Part shown: in pieces, positions 14,673 through 28,986 of the stretch
Numbering within the stretch: the stretch's first letter is position 1
How the letters are laid out: the number at the start of each line of letters is the position of its first letter
From: the human T2T-CHM13v2.0 reference genome, Homo sapiens
DNA length: 64,000 nt
Direction: 5' to 3' (one strand)
Assembly (NCBI RefSeq): GCF_009914755.1
Contig: NC_060939.1
Position numbers and translations under genes: made by a program
Notes under the pieces: generated by a model
What the model saw: the letters and a program-made list of their open reading frames with translations, nothing else
Databases searched by the model: none
Told to the model about the DNA's origin: nothing

Positions 14673-16086
14673 TATTATCTTCTGAATGAGGCCACTCATT
14701 TAGGAAAGCCAAGAGTTTGGGGACATGGAGCTGCAGGCCAAAGAGGTGATTTTTGAGGTGCCTTCCAGTGCAGAAGGGCCTACAAAGTGGTTTAAGCCAA
14801 GCCACAAAATAGGAAACCCAATATTTAGCTAATGGAACACTGATAAAACCTGCTCAAGATGTCTGTCTCTACTAATTCAGATGGAGCCAAGCCAATGCAT
14901 TCTTATTATTTTAAAAAGGCACCAGTCCGTCTGCAAAAGCACTGAATTGTATCACGCATCATCAGTGGTGGTTTTTTACGGATATGAAGAAGGGGTTTTC
15001 ACAATACATCGCACGACACACTATCTTCCAAATCTCTAAACATTTCTCTCCCCAGCCTGATCTTCTCCAGTTGTCCAAATCACTCCCTCTTTTCTCTTGT
15101 CTCCAAAACTCAAAACCATGTTCTGACTTTCTGTGTCCTGCCCTCCCCTACTTGGACCACCTGAGAAGGCCCCCGGTTCCCCAGGGTGTCCCCTCCTCCC
15201 CTCCTGGGATCCCCCATCTTTCCTCAAATGGACCAGTTTGGCCTCTGTTAGTTTCTCCAACTCTGCATCTCAACCTTTCTCCCTTCACTACAGAATAATG
15301 TCCAGGAGGCCAAGAGCCCACAAACCAGGGACCCTCCCTTTCCAGAAGGGAGGAGAGAGGTGACTACAAATATTTGGTTATGATTTTCTTCGCTGCCATG
15401 CCTGTTTCCATGGGCAGTGCTGAGCCCCAGTCCTGGCAGAGCTCAGAACCAGGCTTTCAAGAGCTGGGGCAAGTGGGGCCTAGGGAGCCTCTGGGTTGAG
15501 GATCTTGCACCCCACTCTGCAGCTGCCCTGTCCCAACCTCTGTCCCTTCCTTCCTGTGCCCCCAGGCCTGCTCTGCCCTGTCCTGCCTCAGCCTGCCCAG
15601 GAAGGCCTCTGCTTGAGGCCCCCAGGAGGCTCACCCCAGAGCAGGCATTATGATGGGGACTCCCACATCCCACCTGCAGAGTCTGCCTGGGGCTTTGAAC
15701 CAGCCAGGAAGCTCATGTGGACAGGGCTGGCCCCGGGCCTAGTGGTGGGGGAGGCAGGTCAAGTCTGAGCCCTCCCCAGTGCTGCCCCCATCCCCAGGCC
15801 TGGCTTCCTCTGGCACCCAGTCCTGCAGGTCCCACCCACCCTGTGCTCTGCCAGGTCAGGGGACTGCTGCTATGGCATTAGAGGGTCAGAGCCGCAGAGG
15901 GCCCTGGAATTGATTAGCCAAGTCCACCTCCCATGCCTCAGGATGGGGATGTTAAGGCCTAAAGCGAGTCAGGGACCCTCATCCACAAAAGAGCACATAA
16001 TTTTGGACAGAATGAGCTAGAACCCTGGTCTCTGAACTTCCACGCTAGTGTTTTCCCCATAACACATAGGGATTCCATCATTTCTA

Positions 16087-16385
<299 letters not shown>

Positions 16386-16514
16386 AATTTCTAAACTATG
16401 GAGGTGGGTAAGGGTGGGTATTGTCGAAATTAATGGAATTGAAAGTGTAGATTGTGGGTTCTCCTATGGTTATTTGCATTTTAAGTGGAACATAAAGATC
16501 AAAACATCTTGACA

Positions 16515-16760
16515 CACAGGCAAATCCACGGAGACAGAAAGCAGATGAGTGGCAACCGGCGCCTGGGGAAGGTGCGGAATTGGAAGTGACTGCTTCGTGG
16601 GTACGGGGTTTCTTTTGGAGGGATGAAGAGGTTCTGCAGTGATTAGTGGTGATGGTTACACAGCACTGTGAGTGTACTTAATGCCGCTGAATCATACACT
16701 TGAAAATGGTTGAAGTGGTAAGTTTTATGTTTCATGTATTTCACCACAATTAAAAAAGAA
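16515..16760 (+). mobile_element. L1MB 3' end
   Basis: GGCAAATCCACGGAGACAGAAAGCAGAT...TTTCACCACAATTAAAAAA. Confidence 0.8.
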
Positions 16761-17091
16761 AGCTCCCGGACTCAAATACATAAAACCTGTATAGAAAAAG
16801 GTCTCACTGCTGGGAGTCTGTTTTGCTTCTTTCCTTCTCTCTCTGTGCCTCCTTCACCCAGTCTAAGAGGGGAGCTACACGCAGTGTAGAGAGTGACTGA
16901 GAATCCACTCCAGGACAGCATCCCAAGAAACAAGACAGAACCAAATGATAAAAGGAGTTGTTTCTGGAAAAACATCCTGGAATAGGGGAGGCAGCACAGG
17001 TCAAGCCACAGGGGAGGGTCTGTGACAGCTGCTTTACTCCACGGGGTACCACTGAATGCTCCGGTGGTTCCTGACTTCACATTTTAAAAAT

Positions 17092-17390
<299 letters not shown>

Positions 17391-17404
17391 TGAGTTCACT
17401 TTTT

Positions 17405-17650
17405 TTAAAGACTCCACATATGAGTGAGATCATGGGCTATTTGTCTATGTGTGCCTGGCTTATTTCACTTAACATGGTGTCCTCCAGGTTCATCCATGTG
17501 GTTCCAGATGACAGGATTTTGTCCTTTTTATGGCTGAATAGTACTTCATTGCCTATAAGAAATGACCCATGCATAAGGGGATGGATGTGCTACCTCCCTG
17601 ATTTGATCATTACGAAGCATATCTGTATTGAAACATCAAATTGTACCCTA
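17405..17650. mobile_element. L1MA fragments, apparently in opposite orientations
   Basis: ACTCCACATATGAGTGAGATCATG...GGCTGAATAGTA (-), then CCTGATTTGATCATTAC...AACATCAAATTGTACCC (+). Confidence 0.65.
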
Positions 17651-17766
17651 TGTACACTTTGTACATACAATATGTACACTTTGTACATATTGTATGTACA
17701 ATTTGTACATACAGTAGGTACAAATTGTACATACAGTAGGTACAATTTGTACATACAATATGTACA
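17651..17766. repeat. 22-bp-period minisatellite of (T/G)GTACAnnnTGTACA palindromes, 5 full copies
   Basis: Copies start at 17651, 17673, 17695, 17717 and 17739, with a half copy at 17761. Confidence 0.92.
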
Positions 17767-18140
17767 ATGACAATGTGTCCCTTTTAAAAAACTGGCTCGC
17801 AGTAGAGACCAGTAAAGGCTTTCGCAGCTCCAAGGGAGATCACAGACTGTGGAGCAGGCTGGGGGCTCCAGGGCCTGGGCCCCTGGCACTCACCACTGTA
17901 CTTTCCAGGCACAACCCTCCCTCTCTTTAAGGTCAGGCATTCCCCCTCCCCTTCCTGAAGGTCCTGCTTCAAGCCTGCCTCCTCCTTCCTCACCCAAACC
18001 ACTCGCTGTGTTTTCACCCCTTATCAGAAAATTACTTAGGCCATGAAGCTCTGTATACATTTACCAGCTTTCTGAAAAGGCTTTCATATCAGGCAGTTTC
18101 CCACGGGGTTGGAGTCTCAACGCATTGAAATGGTAAATTA

Positions 18141-18467
<327 letters not shown>

Positions 18468-19984
18468 TTACTCCCTTTACTGAACTCCTTGTAGGGCCTA
18501 GCACTGTATTCTGCACACTTGAGTCCATCGTCCAGCAGATGCTGGTCCTTCATCTGGTCTGGGGCTCTGAGCACTCGCCCCACAGTGCTGACCTGGCGGT
18601 GCTCACCGGGGTGGGAGGGAGTTGGCGCTACTCTCCTTGGAGTGCTCTTGTAGGTATGTCTTAGATCTGTGGTCTGAGGCATGTTAGGAGCCTAGAATAA
18701 TTTCCCAAGGGGAAGAACTGAAAGTCCCCACGAGAGAACAGAGCTTGCCCATCTACTGAAGAACAGTCCTCCAGGGTCCTCTCCTGATCCTGCTCAGCTG
18801 CGAACTCCCTCCTCGCCCACCCCTCCTGTTCCTCTTCCTCCTCCTCCTCCTCAGCTCTCAAGGTTTAACCATCAGGTTAAACATAGTCCCCACAGGGTGA
18901 ACCCAAATGAACACCCAGCGCTGTCAGGCACGGACTGTTGCATGGATAGGCTCACGGCAACCCTTCAACCTACACATAGGGCAGCCTTATCCCAAGCATG
19001 CGCATTGTAAACGCACACTTCCCAGGGGCGGACAGGGAGCCTGGATTCCCGGCTCAGCTTAGCTGGTGATCAAGGTATAACCTTAGTCCCTCCTCTCTCC
19101 AGGCCTCAGTTTTCTGGCTGTATAATGAGAGTACTGGACTTAATGAACCTGGGTTTCCTTTCAGCTGGCGTGTCCATGTTCACAAAGTTGTTCTTGGTGT
19201 CACTCAAGCAGCTGCTCCTGCCTCCCCAGCCCTGCTCACACACATGCCCATAACCACATACATGTGGTTAGAGTGGGAATGAGGAGGTGTGGGAGGGCAG
19301 CCCCTTCAGAAACTGCTGGCCCTGCTGGTGTTGCCACCCAGAGGTCCTGGACACAAAGCCCTCCATGGACCCCCTTAGGCTTGCCTGGCAACAGACAGGG
19401 ACCTGTTGCCCAGACACATGCTTCTGCCTGGTGCCCCTCAGCTGACCGCAGGGAAGCTTTGGAAATACCCCACAGAAAGGAAGCCACTAGATCCCATTCT
19501 CCTCAAGTCTATCTGGGGAGAGGGGAACGCAGAGTGAGAGGGCTCATTTTCTGGCTACATTAGCTGTTAGCCGTTAGCTCCGGAGGTCTGGGCCGGGAAG
19601 TCCTGGGCAGCGCAGGGAGCGGCAGGTGAGCATCTGCTTCACCCCAGAGGCTGCTCCTGGCTTTGCCAGACCTGACCTCAGAGGATTTGGTCACATGGGG
19701 GTGTTGTATCCCTGAGACTCACAGAGACACGCAAAACACCAAGTGGGGGGTGGGGGTGAGGCCTACAGAGGGGAAGGAACTTGCTGAGGCCTCCACAGTG
19801 AAGAGGGCACCTCCAGCGCCTGGCCTCCAGAAGGTCCTCAGGCCTGAGCTCCCCTGTAGCACCAACACAAGGCAGTGCTGGGCCACTACCCCCTGCCCTT
19901 CCCCCCTTCCCTAAGGTGCGGCTAATAGGTCAACTGTCCTGGTCCAGGGATATTTTTAGCCAGCAACATTTTGCTCTGAAGGTG

Positions 19985-20378
19985 GCTTTCCTGTGGCTGC
20001 AGGAACAAATTGAAACAACTGGTTGGCTTAAAATGCCAGAAATTTGCTCACAGTTCTAGAGGCCAGAAGTCTGACATCAAGGTGCTGGTAGGGCCACGTT
20101 TCCTCGAAATGCTCTATGGCAGAGTCCCTCCTTGCCTCTTCCAGTTCGTGCAGGCCTCAGACATTCCTTGGCTCACAGCTGCATCACTCCCACCTCTGCC
20201 TCTGTCTTCAGGGGTCTTTTTTTCTGTCTCCTATAAAGACACTTACTGGATTCAGGCCCCACTCAGATGATCTCATCTTGAGATCCTTGATTACATCTAC
20301 AATAATGGCAGATTCACAGGGTATCGGGGTTAGGAAATGGACATATCTTTTTGGGGGCCACCGTTCAACTCATAACAT
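19985..20378 (-). mobile_element. MLT1B/C-like MaLR LTR
   Basis: CTCACAGTTCTAGAGGCCAGAAGTCTGACATCAAGGTG motif. Confidence 0.8.
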
Positions 20379-20449
20379 ATACCACTGCATTACCGCGTGC
20401 CCCTACATTGTCAGCCATACTCTGTTGTTTGTTCCTGCTTTGTAGTAAC

Positions 20450-20625
20450 AATAACAGCAACAGCAATACTAACAGATAACATTAATTGAGTGCTTACTAC
20501 GTGCCAGGCACCATGATAAGCCCTTAACATATTAACTCATTTAATTGTCACCACAACCATGTGAGGTGGTTCCTATTCTCTCCAAACTACAGTTGAGGAG
20601 ATGAGAGTCAGAGAGGAACATGTTG
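20450..20625 (-). mobile_element. MIR
   Basis: ATTGAGTGCTTACTACGTGCCAGGCAC...AACTCATTTAAT. Confidence 0.75.
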
Positions 20626-21463
20626 ATCACAGGTGAATAGAGAACCAACTCCTGGGATCCCAGAGTTCAGAGTGGACAGAGACAAAGGTAAGAGACAGGG
20701 GACCTGCCCCTGGGTTTGGAGAGCAGGAGGACCAAGGAAGATGGTGGAGGAACTCAGGCCAGCACCACTCCACCCCTTTCAGCTGTGTCACCCCAGGCTG
20801 GAGCCATGCGTCACACACCATGAGGACACTGGGGCTACAACTGACACATGTTCCTGCCACGTGGTGCTAAGAATCTTGGGAGAGAGAGATGGAAACCAAA
20901 CAGTTGCATAAATTAATGTAAAATTGCAAATGGAATGCAGAGCACAAGGTTGTCTGTAAAAACTCAGGCCAAGGAAGAGCTTCCTGAGACAGAAACGTCC
21001 AAGCTCAGAAGTAACCAGGCAGGAGAGGAAGGGAGGAGTGTTTTGGGCAAAGACTTTGCATCTGCAAAGACTGTGTGGCCAGAGGAGGCATGAAGAGTTT
21101 GAGGAGTTGAAAGAAGGCCTGAGTGGCTGCAACTCAAAAGAGGCTTCCTAGGTGGTGAGGAGGTGAGGGGTGGAGCCAACCATGTCAGGCTCTGAGTGTC
21201 CAAGAGTGGTAAGAAGCCAGATTTTAGAGGAAAAAACAGGTCCCTGGGGAGACAGAAAATGCTTTCTATTCCTCCTGGACACAAAGAAACAAAGCACAAG
21301 TTACATCCTTAGCAGGTGCTCACTTCTCTGGTCCTGGATGGGACACGCTGCTCCACTGCGAAGAGCTCAATCTGGCCCTGCCTGTGCAGCACAATGGGGC
21401 AAAGCAAGGCTTAAGCCCGGGAAAGGCTGGGATGGGCTCCTTAGGCTAAATCACAGGTGCTTT

Positions 21464-22883
21464 ATTTGTTTGTTTGTTTGTTTGTTTTTTTAGCCATTCT
21501 TTTTATTATTATTATTATACTTTAAGTTCTAGGGTCCAGGTGCACAACGTGCAGGTTTGTTACATATGTATACATGCACCATGTTGGTGTGCTTCATCCA
21601 TTAACTCATCATTTACATTAGGTATATCTCCTAATGCTATCCCTCCCTGCCCTCCCCACCCCACAACAGGCCCTGGTATGTGATGTTCCCCTTCCTGTGT
21701 CCAGGTGTTCTCATTGTTCAATTCCCACCTATGAGTGACAACATGTGGTGTTTGGTTTTTTTTGTCCTTGCAATAGTTTGCTGAGAATGATGGTTTCCAG
21801 CTTCATCCATGTCCCTACAAAGGACATGAAGTCATCCTTTTTTATGGCTGCATAGTATTCCATGCTGTATATGTGCCATATTTTCTTAATCCAGTCTATC
21901 ATTGATGGATATTTGGGTTGGTTCCAAGTCTTTGCTATTGTGAATAGTGCTGCAATAAACATATGTATGCATGTGTCTTTATAGCAGCATGATTTATAAT
22001 CCTTTGGGTACATACCCAGTAATGGGATGGCTGGGTCAAATTGTATTTCTAGTTCTAGATCCTTGAGGAATCACCACACTGGAAACTACTTCAAATTTCA
22101 TATGGAACCAAAAAAGAGCCCACATTGCCAAGTCAATCCTAAGCCAAAAAAACAAAGCTGGAGGCATCACGCTACCTGACTTCAAACTATACTACAAGGC
22201 TACAGTAACCAAAACAGCATGGTACTGGTACCAAAACAGAGATATAGACCAATGGAACAGAACAGAGCCCTCAGAAATAATCTATAACCATCTACAATCT
22301 ACACACATCTACAACCATCTGATCTTTGACAAACCTGACAAAAACAAGAAATGGGGAAAGGATTCCCTATTTAATAAATGGTGCTGGGAAAACTGGCTAG
22401 CCATATGGAGAAAGCTGAAACTGGATCCCTTCCTTACACCTTATACAAAAATTAATTCAAGATGGATTAAAGACTTAAATGTTAGACCTAAAACCATAAA
22501 AATCCTAGAAGAAAACCTAGGCAATACCATTCAGAACATAGGCATGGGCAAGGACTTCATGACTAAAACACCAAAAGCGATGGTAACAAAAGCCAAAATT
22601 GACAAATGGGATCTAATTAAACGAAAGAGCTTCTGCACAGCAAAAGAAACTACCGTCAGAGTGAAGAGGCAACCTACAAAATGGGAGAAAATTTTTGCAA
22701 TCTACTCATCTGACAAAGGGCTAATATCCAGAATCTACAAAGAACTCAAACAAATTTACAAGAAAAAAACAAACAACCTCATCAACAAGTGGGCGAAGGA
22801 TATGAACAGACACTTCTCAAAAGAAGACATTTATGCAGCCAACAGACACATGAAAACATGCTCATCATCACTGGCCATCAGAG
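21464..22883. mobile_element. L1PA with 5' inversion (twin priming): 3' end on - (21464-22080), inverted ORF2 piece on + (22081-22883)
   Basis: L1 ORF2 peptides in opposite orientations (ORF 21729..22013 on -, ORF 22544..22912 on +); flanking AGGTGCTTT at 21455 and 22884. Confidence 0.92.
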
Positions 22884-23254
22884 AGGTGCTTTGTTTTTTA
22901 ACACTTGCCTGAAGGACTTAGGTGACCGATGGGTGAGCAAGAGGAAAGTTGTTTGGATTCATGGGTGAACTTTTAGGCAATTTCCATATTCCATGTATGA
23001 GTGCCACTGCAATGCATATTGATGCATTCATTTTGCACATTGGATTATTTCTTCAGGATCCATTTCTAGAAATAAAATTTCTGGTGGAAACACATGGGAC
23101 ATTTTTAGGGCTGTAGCCCTACAGAACAGTTGTTCCAATTTACAGCCCCAGCAGTGGATGAGTGTCTGTTTACTTAAACTCTCCCCTGTCCAGCTGTCAT
23201 TATTACCGTATCTTTCTGATCTCTGCCGATTCAGCAGGCAAAAAGAGGTATCTT

Positions 23255-23755
23255 GTGGTTTTAGTTGCATTTCTTATTCTTCTCCTCCTCCCTCCTCCCC
23301 CTTCTCCTTCCTCCTCCCTCCTCCTGTGGTTTTAGTTGCATTTCCTCCTCCTCCTTCCTCCTCCTCCTCTTTGCTTCCTCCTCCTCCTTCTTCCTCCTCC
23401 TGTGGTTTTAGTTGGATTTCCTTCCCCTCCTTCCTCCCTACTCCTCCTTCCTCATGTGGTTTTAATTGCATTTCCTCCTGTTGCATTTTCTCCTTCTCCT
23501 CTTCCTTCCCCCCTCCGCTTCTCCCCTCCCCTTCTCCCCCCACTTCTCCCCCCCTTACCCTCCTCCTCCTCTTATTGTTTTAGTTGCATCTCCTCCTCTT
23601 CCTCCCCCTCCTTTTTCCTCCTCCTCCTCCTCATCTTCCTTCTTCTCCTCCTCCTCTTCCTTCTCCTCCTCCTCCTCCTCTTTTCCCTCTTCTCCTTCTC
23701 CCTCTCCCTCTCCCTCTCCCTCTCCTCCTCCTCCTCCTACTACTACTACTACTAC

Positions 23756-23787
<32 letters not shown>

Positions 23788-23845
23788 CTTCTTCTTCTTC
23801 TTCTTCTTCTTCTTCTTCTTCTTCTTCTTCTTCTTCTTCTCTTTC
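23255..23845. repeat. Polypyrimidine tract: TGTGGTTTTAGTTGCATTTC-anchored units with (TCC)n spacers, then (TAC)7(TTC)27
   Basis: Read directly; (TTC)27 at 23759-23839. Confidence 0.95.
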
Positions 23846-24495
<650 letters not shown>

Positions 24496-24816
24496 TTATT
24501 TTTAAGTTACATATCCATGCCCTGTTCCCATGCCTGTTGGGAATATGTCTTTTTCCTATTGATTTGTACTGATATTAACCCTCTGTCTGACATACATTGA
24601 ATGCTCCTGATTTATCATTTCCTTATGAATTTTGTTTCTGAGATTTTTGCGTCATAAACAAATCTTTTTGTGATTGCGTTTCCAATCTTTCCTTTAGGGT
24701 TTCTGATTTCCATGTTAAACTTAGGATGGCCTCCTAAGTTTCAATCCTTAGGATTGACATTATACAAATGTTTTCCCTACTTCATTCTCTTATCTTTTTG
24801 GTATCCCTTTTCACTC

Positions 24817-25526
<710 letters not shown>

Positions 25527-25589
25527 CTAAGATCTTGTACCCCAAGAATTTTATGACTTCTTGGATGGTATCAATTGTGTTTTATGATG

Positions 25590-26330
25590 TATTTATTCAT
25601 TTACTCGATAAGTTTTGATCGAGTGCTGCTCTGTACCAAGATGTGTGTCAAGAAATGGGGATACACTGTTGTGCGAGAGGAAGTCCTCATGTGCCAGGAG
25701 CTTACAGTAGACAGGGGAAGACACACAAACCCATTATGAAGAAATACGGTAAATGTGAGGGGAATGGAAGCAGAGGGTGCTCTGGATTACCCAGGAGAGT
25801 TATGCCTCCCAGCCTTGTACTATCAGGGATAGTTTCCCAAAAGAAAGGACATCTAACCTGAGAGCTGAAGAATAAATACTAGTTAGCCAAGTTAAGGAAG
25901 ATGGGTAGGTGGGAGGGAGTAAGTTTAAGTTTTAAGGCATTCTAGGTAGAGAGAAAAGCAATTTGGGCAAATCCAGTAGGGGATAAAAATCATTTGGGAA
26001 ACTGAAAGTCAGTCTCTTGAGTTGATTGCAAGAGGAGAGGGTCAGAAAAGTTAGAAGAAGAAAAACAGGGATCGGATCACAAAAAGCCTTGTAAGTAAGA
26101 TTAAGGGTAGGGTTATTATTATGAGGTCAATACAAAGCCATTAGATCTTTTGAGTAGTTGGTATGCAGTGTAATTGCATTTGCATTTTTAAAAGATTACC
26201 TTGTCTATATGGTAAGAATAAACTGGAGGTGGATAAGAGCAGAGGCAGCTCCCTTAGGAGGTTGTTGCTGTGGCCCAGGCCAGAGATGATGAGTTGGACT
26301 TGAGACTGGGGCTGGAGAGAAGCGGGCAGT
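25590..26330 (-). mobile_element. L2 fragment
   Basis: Begins TTTATTCATTTACTC; purine-rich L2-like body. Confidence 0.6.
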
Positions 26331-26929
26331 GTAGAACATATGGCTAAAGCAGGCAACCTGAAAACATCCAGGAAATTATTGTCGTTATAGGACGGCCCGG
26401 CAAAATGCAAATTGTTCTGTCCTCGTTTGATCTCAGCTGGACTGTGAACTCGGGGGACAGGGACTATTTTGTATTCATCCCTGTTTCCAGCACTACGGAA
26501 GTGCTCAGGAAATGAAAGTTCTTCCTAAGTGAGTCTCAGTGACATGGTGTTTTGATTGAGTGGTAACCCTCACGCCTTTGCTGACCCACCTTTATTAGGG
26601 AAGTTCGGTAGTGATGGTTAAGTCGATATGGAGCGCTACTGCAGCAGGGACATTAAGGTGCAGAAGCTTTACCCAGTTCACAGTGCACACTCAAACACCC
26701 AGGCTGGTTTTTCCTGACTCAGTTCTCTTCTGCCATCTGCTGGGACAGCCTTTCATAGCACATCAAAGCAAGATCACCAAGGAAGACAAGTCTAAAAACT
26801 ACGGGAGCCACAGTGGACAATGCCTTGGATAAGCTTATAACTTAGTTGGAGAAGCAAGTGTCACATCCATACCACTGTCCATTTGAAGCTAATCTTCAGT
26901 GTTTATTTCCCAAAGACAAAATGTCTTTT

Positions 26930-27103
26930 TTCTTTTTTTTTTTTTTTTTGAGATAAGGTCTGGCTCTGTCACCCAGGCTCCAGGCTGGAGTGTAGTGGCA
27001 CAAACACGGCTCAGTGTAGCCTTGGCCTCCTGGGCTCAAGAGAGCCTCCCACCTCGGCTCCCCAAAGTGTTGAGATTACAGGCGCGAGCCACTATTCCTG
27101 GCC
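26930..27103 (-). mobile_element. Internally deleted Alu or monomer
   Basis: Poly-T; right-arm start joined to left-arm end. Confidence 0.8.
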
Positions 27104-27432
27104 TATGCAGACTACCTTAAATATCTGTATTCTCCTATCAACCTTATGATAGCCATAGATTGTAACAATTTCTAAGCAAGAAAACAGAAACACAGAGATT
27201 TAAATAAAAAGCCAACTTTGAACAATAAGTAAGTGGCCGAGCCAGGACTGAAGCTTCCTTGACTCCTAGTTCCACACTTTTCTCACAACGTCTTAACATC
27301 TGAAACACAACAAGAGACAGTTCCAACAGGCGGAGACTGGCTGCTGATCCGCAGCAGAGACAGGGTGGGCCTAGTGTGAAGGCTGACAAGGCCAGTGGCT
27401 CCCTGATGTACAGAGATGCAGAATGTTGGCAT

Positions 27433-27477
27433 GGGGGGGGGTGGGGTGGGGTGGGGTGGGGTGGGGTGGGGTGGGGT
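27433..27477 (+). repeat. G9(TGGGG)7 G-quadruplex-prone repeat
   Basis: Read directly. Confidence 0.9.
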
Positions 27478-27696
27478 GTGGGAGAGGAACAGAAACAATT
27501 CTCCACATTCCATGTTCCCCAAAGATGTGTCAAGGGGATGTTTCTGAGGGATTTTTTTTTAAGTATATGAAAACTAATAGAACTTGAACCTTTGGTGGAT
27601 GTTGTCAAACAAAATAGACCCTACTATTTTTGTTAATGAGTCTGGTTAAGACTAAGAAACTATTGCACCATCCTTTTCTCTTTCTACCTCTCTCTC

Positions 27697-27888
27697 TTTT
27701 TTTTTTTTTTTTTTTTGAGACAGGGTCTCACTCTGTCACCCAGGCTGGAGTGCAGTGGTGAGATCACAGCTCTGGCTGATTATTTTTTATTTTTGTAGAG
27801 ACGAGGTCTCACTGTGTTGCCCGAGGAATCCTCCTGCCTTGGCCTCCCAAAGCACTGGGATTATAGGTGTGAGCCACCGCACCTAGCC
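27697..27888 (-). mobile_element. AluJ with internal deletions
   Basis: Antisense Alu motifs. Confidence 0.8.
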
Positions 27889-28349
27889 AATTTTTCTCAT
27901 TTAAACTTAAGTTATTTTGATATGAATACCCAAATATAGTCTTGGTGTTAAAAAATCAAACATTCAGGTAATGCTAAACTTTTCCTTTACTGCAAGTTCC
28001 AAGCCTTTTCTCAATGAAAACCACAGTCAGGAGTATGCTTCCAGATCTTCTAGGAAATATGAGTGTTCCTATGGGAGCATAGGTCTTGTTTAGTGTTTTA
28101 TCTCCCTTACATGAATGGGATCTTGCTGTACTGTCCTGCCTCTCCCTCTGAGCGGCCCACACTCCCCTGACTCAGTGGGAGGTACGCTTTGACTTGTCCA
28201 GGGCCGCTCCTGGGAAGCTCCATGTTATCCCCTGAGAACAGATGTCCTCAGTGCCCTCCTGCTCCCATGCCATGCCCCCCAGCTGCCAGGTCCCCACAGC
28301 TCTGGCCCAGCTTCTTCATAGCTTGCTTCTACCCGCGCCTGCCGCTTTT

Positions 28350-28895
28350 TAAAATATTGTGGCAGGATAAATATAACATAAAATTTGCCATTTTAACTAT
28401 TTTAAAGTGTACAGTTCAGTAGTATTAAGTACATTGACATTGTTGTGCTACTATTACCATTGTTCATCTCTGGAACTTTTTCATCTTCCTCAACTGAAAC
28501 TCCATTCCCATTAAACGATAACTCCCCGTTCCCCTCTCCAGGCCTCTGGAAACCACCTTCTACTTTCTGTCTTATGAATTCGACTACTCTAGGTGCTTCA
28601 TGTAAGTAAAATCACACAGCATTTTTCCTTTTGTGACTGGCTTATTTCACTCAGCATCATGTCTTGAAGGCTCATCCATGTGGTAGCCTGTGCCAGGATT
28701 TCCTTCTTTTTTCAAGTTGAATAATATTCCATTGTATGCATGTACCACATTTGGTTTATCCATTCTCCTGTTGGTGGACACTTAGTTTGCTTCCATCCTG
28801 TGGGCTATTGTGAGTAAGGCTGCCATGAACATAGGTGTACAAGTATCTCTTTGAATTCCTTCTTTCCATTCTTTGGGGTATATGCCCATAAGTGC
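28350..28895 (-). mobile_element. L1MB 3' region
   Basis: AACATAAAATTTGCCATTTTAACTATTTTAAAGTGTACAGTTCAGT. Confidence 0.85.
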
Positions 28896-28986
28896 TGCAG
28901 CAGCTTCCTGAGTACATTTCAGGCTGTGGGTGTTTTCTTCATTTGAATACCCCTTGCATTTTGGCTACTTACCATAGTTACCTACT

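Noticed and set aside
14984-15040. Faint resemblance of DMKKGF...HTIF to a dynamin-1 PH-domain peptide (DNM1 pseudogenes often flank GOLGA copies)
   Set aside because: Too short and weak, with no flanking homology or matching splice sites.
18661-18861. Acidic poly-Glu ORF
   Set aside because: It arises from a (GAG)n microsatellite, has a non-ATG start and no recognisable homology.
22544-22912. L1 ORF2 peptides as genes (also 36789-37259)
   Set aside because: They are fragments of truncated, inactive L1PA copies.
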